Source: Marsupella aquatica
Lineage: Eukaryota > Plantae > Marchantiophyta
Length of the DNA stretch: 64,000 nucleotides
Assembly: GCA_973895155.1 (NCBI GenBank)
Contig: OZ316899.1
Span: 9,546,287-9,610,286 of the forward strand
Direction: 5' to 3'
Part shown: piece after piece, positions 1-11,622 of the stretch
Numbering within the stretch: position 1 is the stretch's first letter
Layout: every line of letters begins with the position of its first letter
Translations under genes and position numbers: made by a program
The notes under the pieces: generated by a model
Database searches by the model: none
What the model was told of the DNA's origin: nothing
Seen by the model: only the letters and a program-made list of their open reading frames with translations

Positions 1-1025
1 ACTTCATCCCAGCTGACGTTTTCTTCGCAAGAAATTCCGGCAAAGATAACTTCTTCTATTCCTCCCTTCCAACATGAGTCATGAGGGTGAGGTTGATCAT
101 CTCGGGAATAACTCCCATACTCAACATGAATGCTCAAAGTTTTTGAATGTCCTAATTTACGAAGAGCGCTTAGGACATTCAGTACAAGATAACCCGGATG
201 GACAGTTATCATCACAACGATGGTGGGATTTTGTGGTAGCTCTACTACATATTGGAAGAGGACCAAAATCTCTGCTTCAGTCCACTCCTTCTGTTGAAGT
301 TGGCTGAAATCAACAATCGCAAGAGGGCATGTTGGAGATTGTTCTTCCAACGACTCCGGATCCACTATCTTCATTAGGTTGTTACTAAAAAATGTGACCC
401 ATGGCTGAGTCCGAGAACTTGTCCCACCGCCAAACTTTTGACAGTAAATATCATCTAGACGCATCACCAATGTCATTGGCAATATCTCACTCTCCTTTGT
501 ATGATTAGACTTCAATAAATTTGTCAACCATACTTCACTAACCGCTCTTCGGCACTTGTTCAACTCCGACTCGGCACCTAACAATGGGAGGACCTCAATT
601 ACTTTAACCCATTGAGTATCTGCTGGGAAGTTTTTTGGATCCTTCTTGAAGTAGTAATCTCCAATAAGAGACTTCAATTTGATCAATATCTTCACCTCCT
701 TTGCAAACTCCTCCATCGTTGGAACATCTGCCTTATTTGTCGGATCCTTCTTCAATAAAACTTTACCTGACTTCACCTTGTTCAAAATTCTGGTCAAATC
801 TCTATTTGAGATTTCACCATCAAAACAACAAAACATTGCGACCGTTATCGCCTTTTCGGACCTTTTGTTTCCTTGTGTACCAGCTCCGTCAGGAAGATTT
901 CCATCAATCCACATCTGGCACACTAACCGCCATAACTCAAAAAGATCATTCTCGGAAAAAAGCAACCAGTATACATTTTTCAAGTCTTTTCTCCCCATGG
1001 TCATCCTTGCCAATGCCAAATAATC
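1..1025 (-). CDS. Exon 3 of the spliced ParB/Srx-like gene (continues beyond the left edge); absent from the supplied ORF track
   Basis: Acceptor ttttattgcAG at 1026-1027. Hand translation from 1025 is stop-free to base 1 (DYLALARMTMGRKDLKNVYWLLFSENDLFELW...CPLAIVDFSQ...GGIEEVIFAGISCEENVSWDE). It is in phase 0 with the donor at 10113. Confidence 0.75.
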
Positions 1026-1066
1026 CTGCAATAAAAAATTGTGGGGAATGTCGTGAGTTATCAAAA

Positions 1067-1155
1067 TAAACCAAAAGTCTGACTCTTGGACAGAGACCAT
1101 TTCCATCCAAGTCAAAACCAAAAGTAGAATGAAGAGAAATCTCTAGAATGGACGG
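1067..1155. repeat. One unit of the 78-bp palindromic intron array, cut off from the rest by the LTR insertion at 1156
   Basis: cttggacagagaccatttccatccaagtcaaaaccaaaagtagaatgaagagaaatctc matches the units at 9515-10095. Confidence 0.9.
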
Positions 1156-1969
1156 TGTCGCGAGGACTTAAAGTTAGGGGCTCCTTGGGCAAACTACACA
1201 TTTCTGGCTGCGATCGGGACAGGTGACAAGCACTTTTCGGAGCAAACTCTCACTCCTTTATATTTTTTACTTTTCTCACAAAGGTTACAATAGGTGCCCT
1301 CGAGTAAGCTTGCCCGCAAGAGTCTGGTAGCTGGCCCTATGGCAGGCCGCTACCTCTAACTTGTCGGGTAGAACTCCTCGAGTGACTAACTACTCAAAAT
1401 CTGACGGAACACTATCCTCCTTAGCTCACAAAACCAAAAACTCGACTAGCTACTCCACTAGTCTAAAACAGCTCGCACGGAACTTGGGCCTGGATCAACA
1501 AGGCTCCAAACTTGAGAAATCCCCGCCTGGATCAACGAGACTCTAGACTCGAGAAATTCCCCATCTGGATCAAAAACTCCCCCCACCTGGATCGAAAACT
1601 CACTCAGAACTCCAAAACCGCCGCACAACAGTCGAGTTCCACAGAACGGAGCAAAACTCACAGAACGCAACTCAACAAATCTCAATAGACAACCGCCAAC
1701 CTCAATGAGCCAAGGCTCAAGTCTTAAGTAGCATCAGAAACCCAACCATCCAGCCTGAGCCAGCTGCCAACAGCGAGGCTCATCCAAACTCCAAGCCTGG
1801 TGACTCACCCAAACACCAAACCTGGTGACGACGAGTCACCCAATCGCCAAACCTCAATCCATCCAACCAAGCAGCCCCTCCAAGTCAGCATGCACGCAAC
1901 CCAACCGGGAGGCCTCGCCCATCATCCCCTATAAAAGCCATTCCTGAGCCAAAATCTTTCGGCACAACA
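1156..1969 (-). repeat. 3' LTR of element 1 (814 bp)
   Basis: tgtcgcgagg...ggcacaaca; direct repeat of 8659-9510, differing in the copy number of an internal ~30-bp subrepeat. Confidence 0.95.
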
Positions 1970-1980
1970 TCCTCCCCCAT
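1970..1980 (-). promoter_or_regulatory. Polypurine tract of element 1
   Basis: ATGGGGGAGGA on the minus strand, abutting the 3' LTR. Confidence 0.85.
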
Positions 1981-2163
1981 TAAACCTGAGCAACTTCCGG
2001 TTTGCTCCAATCCATCAGATTTCCTCTAAGTCTGGGTCTGAACTTGAGCCATGCGCCTGGACCACTTCCTCCTCAAGAAACTCAAACCCAAAGCCTTCAG
2101 ACTCGGCCTTAGGCACTCCACTTTCCAGAAACTTGAAGTCCAACTCATTCAAATCAGAACCAG

Positions 2164-5100
2164 TCAAGCCACTTTCAAACTCAAGTCCAACGGATGCGCC
2201 TGGACCAGTGCCTCATCTTCAAATTCCCTCAAGTCGGAACTTGAGTCCATTCCCTTCTCGGTCCTCCTCTTGAAGATCTTCACCCTTTTCCCTGCGTAAG
2301 GTACTTGGTGAACTGTTCCATCCAACTCCCAAATAGTGTAGGTCGCATTCGCATGAACAGCAACCACCACAAACCACCCTAAACCTTGCCACCTCCGAGA
2401 AAACTTGTTTTGGCTCAAGTGTTGCTCGTCCAACTTACTTTCGTAAACCAGAACCCAATCCCCTTCCTTAACCAAGACAGGCCTCAACCGATGATTCTTG
2501 TCGAACCTGCCCTTGTTCCTTAACCTCGCCATCTTCAATTGCTTCCGAGCCACCTCAATCTTTGCGGGTAACAAGTTGAAGTGTTTGATCCTTCGAGCCA
2601 GCAACTCCTCTCTCGAAACTTCATCTTTCCATCCAATCAGTCGCCAGCTGCAAACATCTTCCTTGAGTGGCATCATCGGCAAGTGCTAAGTAAGTAGCTT
2701 AGCCGGAACGTATCCGGTCACTGAGCTACAAGTCATCCGATCCACTAACAGAGCAAGTGGAAGGAGACTCGACCACCTGCCAAGTCCCCATCACAAGCCT
2801 TAGCCAAAGCGCCCACAATCTGGATGTGCCCCCTTTCAGATTTCCCATTGCCTTCCGGATTGTAACTCGAAGTCAGCTTCAGTTTGATGCGGTATTGGTC
2901 GAAAAACTCTTGCGCTTCCTTGGAGCTGAGCTCCCCCCTATCAGCCCTGATCCTTGTAAAGCACCCATGCCTCGCAATGATATCCTCAAGTATGAACTGG
3001 CAAACGGCAGCAGTAGTGTTTGAAACCAACGCTCTCCCTTCCACATAAGAAGACAAGTCTTCTCTCGCCAAAACCAAGTATCTCGCCCCATTGCTCTCTC
3101 TCGGCATGTACACTACATCAACAGCCCATTGAAAGTGTAGAGCCACGGGGTAAGTCGGAACCAATCCATCCCTATGTCGGATCCTCGAGTAAAACTGGCA
3201 AATCTCGCAAGTCTCGACATAGTCTCGAACGGCCAAGTATAAACCTGGCCACCAGTACAGCTTCCAAACCCTCTTGTAAGTCGAATGCACCCCTTTGTGC
3301 CCAGCCATGTCAGCATCATGGCTCTCTTTGAGAATTCGGTCTTTCTCATCCTTAGTATCCACAACCCTCTGCAACAACTGACTTGGGTCCTTATGCCTTC
3401 GCCACAAGTAGCCCTCCCTCAATAGGAACTTGTAAGATCTCTTCCGGATCTTGACGAACTCCTGATAACTCCACTTTGGTTGCTTCTCCAAAGTGTTAAT
3501 GTAATGCCCGATATCCAACAACTCTCCCGAGTAGAGTTCTTCCTTGAACTCTAGACTTCCAACACTTTTGGTTCCGGTCACCTCGCCAACTCTCGTTGCT
3601 ACCTCATTTCCGAATCTCGCCCTTGACAGCATGTTGGCAACCGGATTATCCTTTCCTGCAATGTGACTTAGCTCAGGGTTGAACATCCAAATGAAAGCTA
3701 TCCACCTGAGCATTGCTATGTCAGGCGTGTCACAATTCGCAATCATCCCCAGCAGCGATTGGCAATCAGTCTCAACCACCACCGGCGCCCCAATCAAATA
3801 GTTCCTCTCCTGAAGGAGTGCCACCTTGGCACCCCAAAGCTCCCTCTTAACTTGGGCATATCTCCTTTGCCTTTCCCTAAAAAATTTCGCCCCAAATCTG
3901 ATCGCATACCTTTCCCCATTCTTGTCATCTTGCCCAACAGCCCACCTAGCTGCAAACGGACTTGCATCAACAGTCATGATCAGTGGTCGCCCGCTCTCAT
4001 AGTCCACAGCTCGGAGAACTGGCGGGCTCATGAGAGCGCTCTTAAGCTTAGCCATTATTTCACTATGCTCGGGTAGCCATCTCCACTTAACCTTTTTCCT
4101 CAACAGCTCGTAGAGTGGGTCCGCCAAGTGCGAGAAGTGAGGGATCCAGATCTTGTAAAAGACACAAGCACCCAGAAACCTTCAAACTTCCGGCACCAAT
4201 TTGCAATCCTTCATCTCGCTAATAGCTCTCACCTTATCCATGGTCGGCTTCCTTCCATAAGATCCGCACATTTGCCCAACGACTTTCACCTCTTTCATCC
4301 CGAATTCAGACTTCTCCCCCGAAAGAGTGACTCCCACATCAATCAGCTTCTCGAGAACCGCCTTAACATCCGCAATGTGATCCCACACAAACTGTCGGAT
4401 CCCATAACTCCTCAAGGTCTCATCCTTCCCTTCAGCCAAGCACCCCTTTATTGGGACATCATCAATGAACGGTCTTGCCTTTTCCGGAATGAACGGCTCC
4501 AAGATTTTACTCATCGCATTTTGCATGTGTGCAACTGAGTTTGTCGCCCCTTGAGGAAGAGTGCACATCCTCAAGAGGCCCAGCGGGGTCCTCATAGTCA
4601 TAATGTCTTGGCTCTCTTGCGCCAACTGGAACTGGTCGCAACCCGAAAAAAATCACCCATGGAGTAGATCGCCCTTCCAGCGAACTCCTCCGCAAACTCA
4701 TCCACGAGTGGCCCAACTCCCACATTCCTGATGGTCACCTTGTTCGGAGGTTGCATATCCTGAATGAACATCAAGCTTCCATTCCTCTTTCTCATTGTAA
4801 ACCATCTGTTCGAGTAGGGAGCATCAGACCTCTCAATAATCCTAGCACTCAGCTTCTCCTTAAGCAGTTCTGCAAGCTTTAGAGCTAAAGCCCGCGGAAC
4901 CAAAATCGGTTTCAGATCCCACGGAACATGAGGGACAGTAAAGATGACCATCGGTGTCACCTTACTCGGATCCGCACAACCAATCTCCTCAATCGAAAAT
5001 GAGAATGCCTTGCCATGCTCCATTATCATCTTTCAAAATGCCACTTGCTCCACCTCCGTAAGTAACCCATCCGAACCAATCTTAAGCTTCGCCAAACTCT

Positions 5101-5462
5101 CTTGAGTAAACTTATGCCCTATCCGATCAGTTGGCCTCAGCCTTGGTTCCAATCTCACTCGATCCATGACCTCCATCGCATTGTCCGGCAAAGGTATTGT
5201 CGTCGGCCTCACTTTCTTGTCGATCGTCTTGTATTTGGTACTCGAGTATACAAGCACGGCCATAGACATGTACTGCCTTTCCAACTCCTTCTCCAGCTTG
5301 TCCCTTCCCAAGTTAGACTCCGCACATTTGAGTGGCTCTTCCTCTCCATTATCCATCGTGTTTTCCCCTTCACAAGGAGCTAAGGAACGAGCACTCCGCC
5401 AATCCACTCTTTTCAGCAAAGTGCCAAGTCGTTTTCCAGACCTGGACCAGAGTCGGCACTCT
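2164..5462 (-). pseudogene. pol: pol of element 1 (RT, RNase H, integrase), broken by stops and frameshifts
   Basis: RT motifs LPQGATNS and PFIDD; RNase H TVDAS...RRYAQVKRELWG; integrase HHCC zinc finger and AVDVV...RADRG...KSERGH; spread over five ORF fragments. Confidence 0.92.
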
Positions 5463-6223
5463 CCCTGGGCCCCCACTCCTTTCTAATACGGGGAGGACGT
5501 GAGAACCGTTCAAGGGTCAATTTTATCCCTTCCATAGTAATTTTTATAATCGCTTTACAAGTAAGTAACCTCCGCATATATTCTTGAAGTCAACCTCTTT
5601 CTAATTTTGCAAGACCCTTTAAAATGTTCTCATTTTTATTTCTATGGAAGGGGGGATCAATAGGTATCAACATGCGGCATTACATGAGTGGTACACGTGT
5701 CCATTCTTAATTGGTACATGTGTCCATACATGTATTTTGTCCATCAAAATGTATATAATGCCCAAGGAGATACCCAAATGCATATCCTAAACCCAAAGGT
5801 CTTAGTAAGGATGGTGGTTAATTCAAGAGTTATAGATGGCACAAATCATAGGGGCCTCTAGACCTTTTTGGTTCGGAAGTTATATAGGCTTTTATCTTAG
5901 ATTCACATAATAGACTTTTAATAGATTGAGTTTGTATTAGCCCAATAGTAGAACATAAATAAAGAGAGACCCCTCTTATCACTATTTATATTATGTTTTC
6001 TCATCTATATAATGCACCAAAATTTGTAATACAAGAAGGGTATAGATTATTGTCCAAAACTTTTTATTATAACATACTCAAGGTACATGAAAAATAGAGA
6101 AAATATAGTTTTTATAAAAAATAAGGTTAATTTGAATGTGAGAAAAAATAATAAGTAGGGGTACTAAGGAGGGGGAGGCTCACAGGTATGTATATACAAT
6201 ATACTAGGAGTAAGGGCCCAGGG
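5463..6223. mobile_element. Non-autonomous AT-rich DNA transposon (MITE-like) with 18-bp TIRs and 8-bp TSD
   Basis: TIRs CCCTGGGCCCCCACTCCT / CCCTGGGCCCTTACTCCT (reverse complement). GGCACTCT at 5455-5462 and 6224-6231. Removing it rejoins the retroelement sequence. Confidence 0.88.
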
Positions 6224-8617
6224 GGCACTCTCAGTCCTCAACCCTTTCCTATTCCTCTCGTTTCCAGGTAAAAGAGCCGGAAATTGAACCACCTCTTTCC
6301 CATCTTTGCTCCGAACCTTCACCATGAAGGTAGTGTCATCCAGAACCTTCGTCTCCATCCTCCATTCAGTGATGAACGGCATGCCCAGTATCACCGGAAA
6401 CAACAAGTGCTCATGAACAAAAATGTTACAAGCCTGCTTGACATTCCCAAACTTCACCATCACATTCGGACATCCGCCCCAAAGATAGTCCTTCATTGAA
6501 CTCATCGAGTTCACACTCCAAAGCAACTCATTGTCCACCGGTCAATTCCCCTTTTGAAACACCTTTGGATCCATCAAGTTGATCTCCGAGCCAGTATCAA
6601 TGAGCGCTCGCACCTTGCCTTCCATTCCTTCCAACTGGCACTCGCTCTCTGGACTTGCTCGAGCCCAGTATCCATCTCGGTAAGCATAACTGTTTCCTTT
6701 CATTGAGCCCATGACATGAATGGTCCTCGACTGCGCGGTAATGCTTTCCCGTTCTCCCCCTTCGATTGGGTCCCTGTTTGCCACAGACTCAGCTTCGCCT
6801 CCGGTTGCCATGAGCTCCTCTTTCGCATCAAAGAACTCATCGTCCAAGTTCATGAGCTCCTCTTCAAGGGACTTGACCCTCTTTGGTTCCCCCAAGTCTG
6901 ACTCTTTGGGGCCAGCAAGCTTACTACCTGAACCCATGGACACCCCAGCAGTGTAAGTTTGGAAACTCCCAATTTCCGTCTCGCCAGCCTCCCCCGTCAA
7001 GGTGTGAGGGCCCTCTTTGTAAATCCGTTTCCTCTTGGATCTCTCCAAGATCGCTTCTTGGATCTCCCGCCTCATACTGCCAAAGAACTCGGCGTTGGTA
7101 AACCCTTGAGCCTGTTGGCTCCAAAACTTCTCAGCTACAACCTCCGGGTACATGGCCTGGTCCACGTCCCTGCCAAGCACCCAGCCCGGGTCCTTCCTGA
7201 TCAGTTTCCCTTTCTCCGGCTCTTTCTTGCTCATTTCCTCTTCTTCAAACCTAACCCTCCTTTCCTTGTCTCGAGTATCCCGCCTCTCTCGTTCCCCTGA
7301 TTGAGATGGAGTGTCATCCTCGTCGGTTTTCTTCCTTTTTGACTTGACCGAGGCATCCCAACTAGCCCCAACCTCAACCGTTATCGCATTGATCAGCACC
7401 GGGTCACTCCATCCGGATCTCTCTTGCACCAGATCTGCCAAGCGCTTGTAAAACTTGTCCGTTTCCGTCACGTTGTAAACATTCGCTTCCAACTCCACGT
7501 TGTAAACATTCGCTTCCAGGTGTGAAGAGGATGCCTCTTTGACTCGCTTCCCAACTCGCTTCTTAGCCAAAGCCTTCATGCCTCCCTTGTTGGAGTTGAA
7601 TGGAATCGGCTCCTCAGTATCGGCAAACAATATCTTTTTTTGACCAACTTCACCGACAAACTTGATCAGCCCTTTATTCGCAGCTTCCCTTAGGTCCAGG
7701 CACTCCCGTTTGTCATGCTCTTTGCTGTCACACCACATGCATGGCCAACTTTGCATCTCTCGCTTCCTCTCGGGAGCACTTGCAACCCTCAATTTTGGAT
7801 TCTCGACAGCATGTGCCGCCAAGATCTTCAGGTTCTACATCATTTCTGCGAGATCATCCACCGATGGTTTGATCTCATCCTTCGCTGGTTCTCGCTTCCC
7901 TTTCCTCAGTATCGGTTCCGGCGGCCTTAGGTCGAGAGTGGTAGCCTCCTTCTTTAGCTCTCGCCGCCGGTGTCAATTGCTCACTTTTGACACTGCTTTC
8001 TCAACTTGGTTCCAGTCGTTAGACAAGGTAACTCTCGAAGGTTCTAGCAGCTCCATCACATTCTCAAGCTCCTCTCGAAGGTCCTCATCGACTGCCCTCA
8101 AGAAGAGCATCGAGCGCTGCAACTCGATGATTCCCACATCCCGCTTTGGTAACTGAGACACCCTTCTCTTGAACTCCCTTAGGAGCTCTTGCGGCCCCTT
8201 CAGCTTCTTGTTCCTGTCATTCACCCAATCCAAGAAGGTAGCCTGCGTGACTCAATCAGCATCCTTCGCTTGGAACTCCTCTTTCATCTTCTGGTCAAAG
8301 TCATCCCAACCCTCAGCTGACTCAATGATGGTCCGCACCGTCGAACTCAACTCCTTCTCAACCAGCATCATGAACTCTTTCACGGCCGTCCCTTCGTCCA
8401 ACTTGTAGACAGTTGCTTCTGTCAAGTAAGACTTAAGGTAGCTTGTCACATCTCTCCCATCGAATTGCCCATTCTCTTTCAGAACCTCTTGGAGACACCG
8501 AGTAGTTCTATTCGCTTCCCTGTTCGCCCTTTCCGACTCAAGCTCTTCCTTCCTTATGGTTCTCATCATTGACATGACGATGCTTGATATCCGATCGACT
8601 TCGTCATAGTCACCCAT
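6224..8617 (-). pseudogene. gag: gag-protease of element 1, with in-frame stops
   Basis: ATG at 8617 (MGDYDEVDR); zinc knuckle CMWCDSKEHDKREC; aspartic protease LIDTGSEINL; fragments 8252-8704, 7973-8233, 6542-7822 and 6164-6538. Confidence 0.88.
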
Positions 8618-8639
8618 CTCATCCAATCGCCCCAAGGAA

Positions 8640-8657
8640 TCCCCAGTATGGTCGCCA
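8640..8657 (-). promoter_or_regulatory. Primer binding site of element 1 (tRNA-Arg-like)
   Basis: TGGCGACCATACTGGGGA, 1 nt inside the 5' LTR. The tRNA identity is inferred from resemblance to TGGCGACTCCACTGGGGA-type sites. Confidence 0.75.
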
Positions 8658-8658
8658 A

Positions 8659-9510
8659 TGTCGCGAGGACTTAAAGTTAGGGGCTCCTTGGGCAAACTAC
8701 GCATTTCTGGCTGCGATCGAGATAGGTGACAAGCACTTTTTAGAGCAAACTCTCACTCCTTTATATTTTTTACTTTTCTCACAAAGGTTACAATAGGTGC
8801 CCTCGAGTAAGCTTGCCCGCAAGAGTCTGGTAGCTGGCCCTACGACGGGCTGCTACCTTCTAACTTGTCGGGTAGAACTCCTCGAGTGACTAACTATTCA
8901 AAATCTGATGGAAAAACTATCCTCCTTAGCTCACAAAACCAAAAACTTGACTAACTACTCCACTAGTCTAAAACAACTTGCACAGAACTCGGGCCTGGAC
9001 CAACGAGGCTCCAAACTCGAGAATCCTTGCCTAGATCGACAAGACTCCAAACTCGAGAAATCCCTGCCTGGATCAACGAGACTCCAGACTCGAGAAATTC
9101 CCCGCCTGGATCGAAAACTTCCCCCACCTGGATCAAAAACTCACTCAGAACTCCAAAACCATCGCACAATAGTCGAGTTCCACAGAACGGAGTGAAACTC
9201 ACATAACGCAACTCAACAGATCTCAATAGACAACCGCCAACCTCAATGAGCCAAGGCTCAAGTCTTAAGTAGCATCGGAAACCCAACCATCCAGCCTGAG
9301 CCAACTGCCAGTAGCGAGGCTCATCCAAACTCCAAGCCTGGTGACTCACCCAAACACCAAACCTGGTGACGACGAGTCACCCAATCGCCAAACCTCAATC
9401 CATCCAACCAAGCAGCCCCTCTGAGTCAACATGCATGCAACCCAACCGGGAGACCTCGCCCATCATCCCCTATAAAAGCCATTCTTGAGCCAAAATCTTT
9501 CGGCACGACA
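8659..9510 (-). repeat. 5' LTR of element 1 (852 bp)
   Basis: tgtcgcgagg...ggcacgaca; adjacent to the PBS. Confidence 0.95.
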
Positions 9511-9514
9511 ACGG

Positions 9515-10095
9515 TCACACTCTTGGACAGAGACCATCTCCATCCAAGTCAAAACCAAAAGTAGAATGAAGTAAAATCTCTGGAACGGACGGTCACACTC
9601 TTGGACAGAGACCATCTCCATCCAAGTCAAAACCAAAAGTAGAATGAAGTAAAATCTCTGTAACGGACGGTCATACTCTTGGACAGAGACCATCTCCATC
9701 CAAGTCAAAACCAAAAGTAGAACGAAGAGAAATCTCTGGAATGGACGGTCACACTCTTGGACATGGACCATCTCCATCCAAGTCAAAACCAAAAGAAGAA
9801 TGAAGAGAAATCTCTGGAACGGACGGTCTCTCTCTTGGATAGAGACCATCTCCATCCAAGTCATAACCAAAATTATATTGAACTAAAATCAATGTAACGG
9901 ACGGTCCCTCTCTTGGACAGAGACCATCTCCATCCAAGTCAAAACCAAACATAGAATGAAGAGAAATCTCTGGAACGGACGGTCTCTCTCTTGGACAGAG
10001 ACCATCTCCATCCAATTCATAACCAAAAATATATTGACTAAAGTCAATGTAACGGATGGTCACACTCTTGGACAGAGACCATCTTTGTCCAAACA
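9515..10095. repeat. 78-bp tandem array (~8 units), each with the palindrome CTTGGACAGAGACCATCTCCATCCAAG, filling intron 2 of the ParB-like gene
   Basis: The 78-bp period is read directly; two spacer variants occur (aaaaccaaaagtagaatg... and ataaccaaaattatattg...). Confidence 0.93.
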
Positions 10096-10113
10096 AGAAA
10101 AACCGTTTCTCAC

Positions 10114-11622
10114 CTGAAATTTTTGGTTGTCTTGGGCGTTTGACTTGTTGTCCCCGTGCTTTGGCTTTCTTGGTGCTCCGCATTCAATGAATTGTTTCCT
10201 TGCATGAACAATTGTATCTTTGAAGCATGATTGAAACACCATCGTCGAATTGATGGCATCTGATCTCATTGAGTGCTCAACCAATATAGCCAACGGTGTA
10301 AGGTCTGACAATAATCTAGACTTCCTGTATTTTAACTTTTTTGCCAACACTGTAAGCTTGGCATCAGTTTTGGCCCATTTGAGAACCCACTTGGCCGCCC
10401 TAGCCGAATGTTGCCCACTGATGGCAAAGAAACCAATCTCGCCTTTCTTCACACCTGCAAGAAAGTCTTTGCGGTCGTTCTCCGTGCTGTCAAAATGGAG
10501 CAACTTTCTAAGCTTCGGATTGTAAGGAAGCAGGTCTGCGACATGAGGCTCATGTCCAGGGTTTTTGACCATGGATTCGGCTATGTGCTTCACATGGGTA
10601 CTATTGAGCATCCTGTAACATAATCTTGCCGGTGCAGGCATAATTTTCTCCACTGGAATAGAAAACAGTTCATTTATCCCAAAAGTATAGTACTGCTCTA
10701 TTCTTTGGAGAACGTCATTTCCTTCTAAGACCTTCTTCTCCTCAGGGGCATCAAGTTTGTCTCCCTCATCTTCTGGGAGCATCTGTACTTCCGTAGGGGT
10801 TGAGCGCACGATAAACTTGTCAGTCTTCTGTTTCTTCTTCCCTACTGGCTTCTTCTCGGTTTCCTTTGGCAGTGTCTCAATTTTCTCATGCTCCTGCTCT
10901 CTCTTTTCCTTCGCTTCCCTACCGCTCTTTTGGTGTTTGTCCCAGTTGTTGTTCCTGCAGTCTCAGCTATTGTTCTTGTGGTCCCTGTTGTCTCCTGGGA
11001 TACTTTTGGTGGCTTGGGAACTTCCATGTTAACAACTATTGGTGGAAGCTCTTTCACCGCTACTGGTGGAACATTTGTCGGCTTGGGTAATGAATTTATC
11101 CACTTTTCGCATTATCCATCACAAAATCCTCATCAAATGCAATGTTCCTATCAAGCCAAACACTTAACTCTGAAGATAGGAAACCTGCCTTGTCGAGCAG
11201 ATTATTTAAAACCCATGTCACCGGGATTGTATAATTCCCTTGGTTTTTATGGATATTTAGCTTCACATATTGGAACCCATATATGATGTCGAGTGGAAGA
11301 ATCCCCTTCACCCCTGCAATCACTTTCTGAGCTGAATCTGATTTTGGGAAAAATCCCATTGACAACACGCCAAGTTCTCCAACTGCAGACCACTCAATAT
11401 TGAACTCTGAGGAATACACCTTTGATGGGAGATGAAGTTTAACCCACCTTATTCTTTCATGGAGCTCAAGAATGACTGAAACAAATCCTCTTCCTTCAAT
11501 TCCAACAAAGACTACAGGTCCAATTACAAGAGTCTCCCCTTTTGATGTTTTGACCTCTATGCACAACATGGGTTCCCGTCTCTTTGTTGTGCTAAGATAA
11601 TCAAAATCAACTTTGGAGAACT
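10114..11622 (-). pseudogene. Exon 2 (3' part) of the ParB/Srx-like gene, with two frameshifts
   Basis: Successive ORFs 11096-11644, 10842-11057 and 10060-10809. ParB-like IPVEKIMPAP...HVKHIAESMVKNPG and FFAISGQHSARAA (GQHS at 10405-10416). Donor CAG|GTGAG at 10114/10113. Confidence 0.72.

Larger units (their letters stand above)
1156..9510 (-). mobile_element. Full-length, degenerate Ty3/gypsy LTR retrotransposon (element 1) with 4-bp TSD ACGG
   Basis: Paired TG...CA LTRs at 1156-1969 and 8659-9510. ACGG at 1152-1155 and 9511-9514. PBS and PPT are correctly placed. Domain order is gag-PR-RT-RH-INT. Confidence 0.95.

Noticed and set aside
74-1069. Plus-strand ORFs 74-307, 679-1023 and 701-1069
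   Set aside because: Antisense shadows of the open minus-strand exon 1-1025.
5461-6225. Alternative MITE boundaries with 4-bp TSD CACT
   Set aside because: 5463-6223 gives perfect 10-bp terminal symmetry and an exact 8-bp TSD.
9463-9870. 135-aa repetitive hydrophobic ORF
   Set aside because: Artefact of the 78-bp (26-codon) tandem period; it runs into an LTR.
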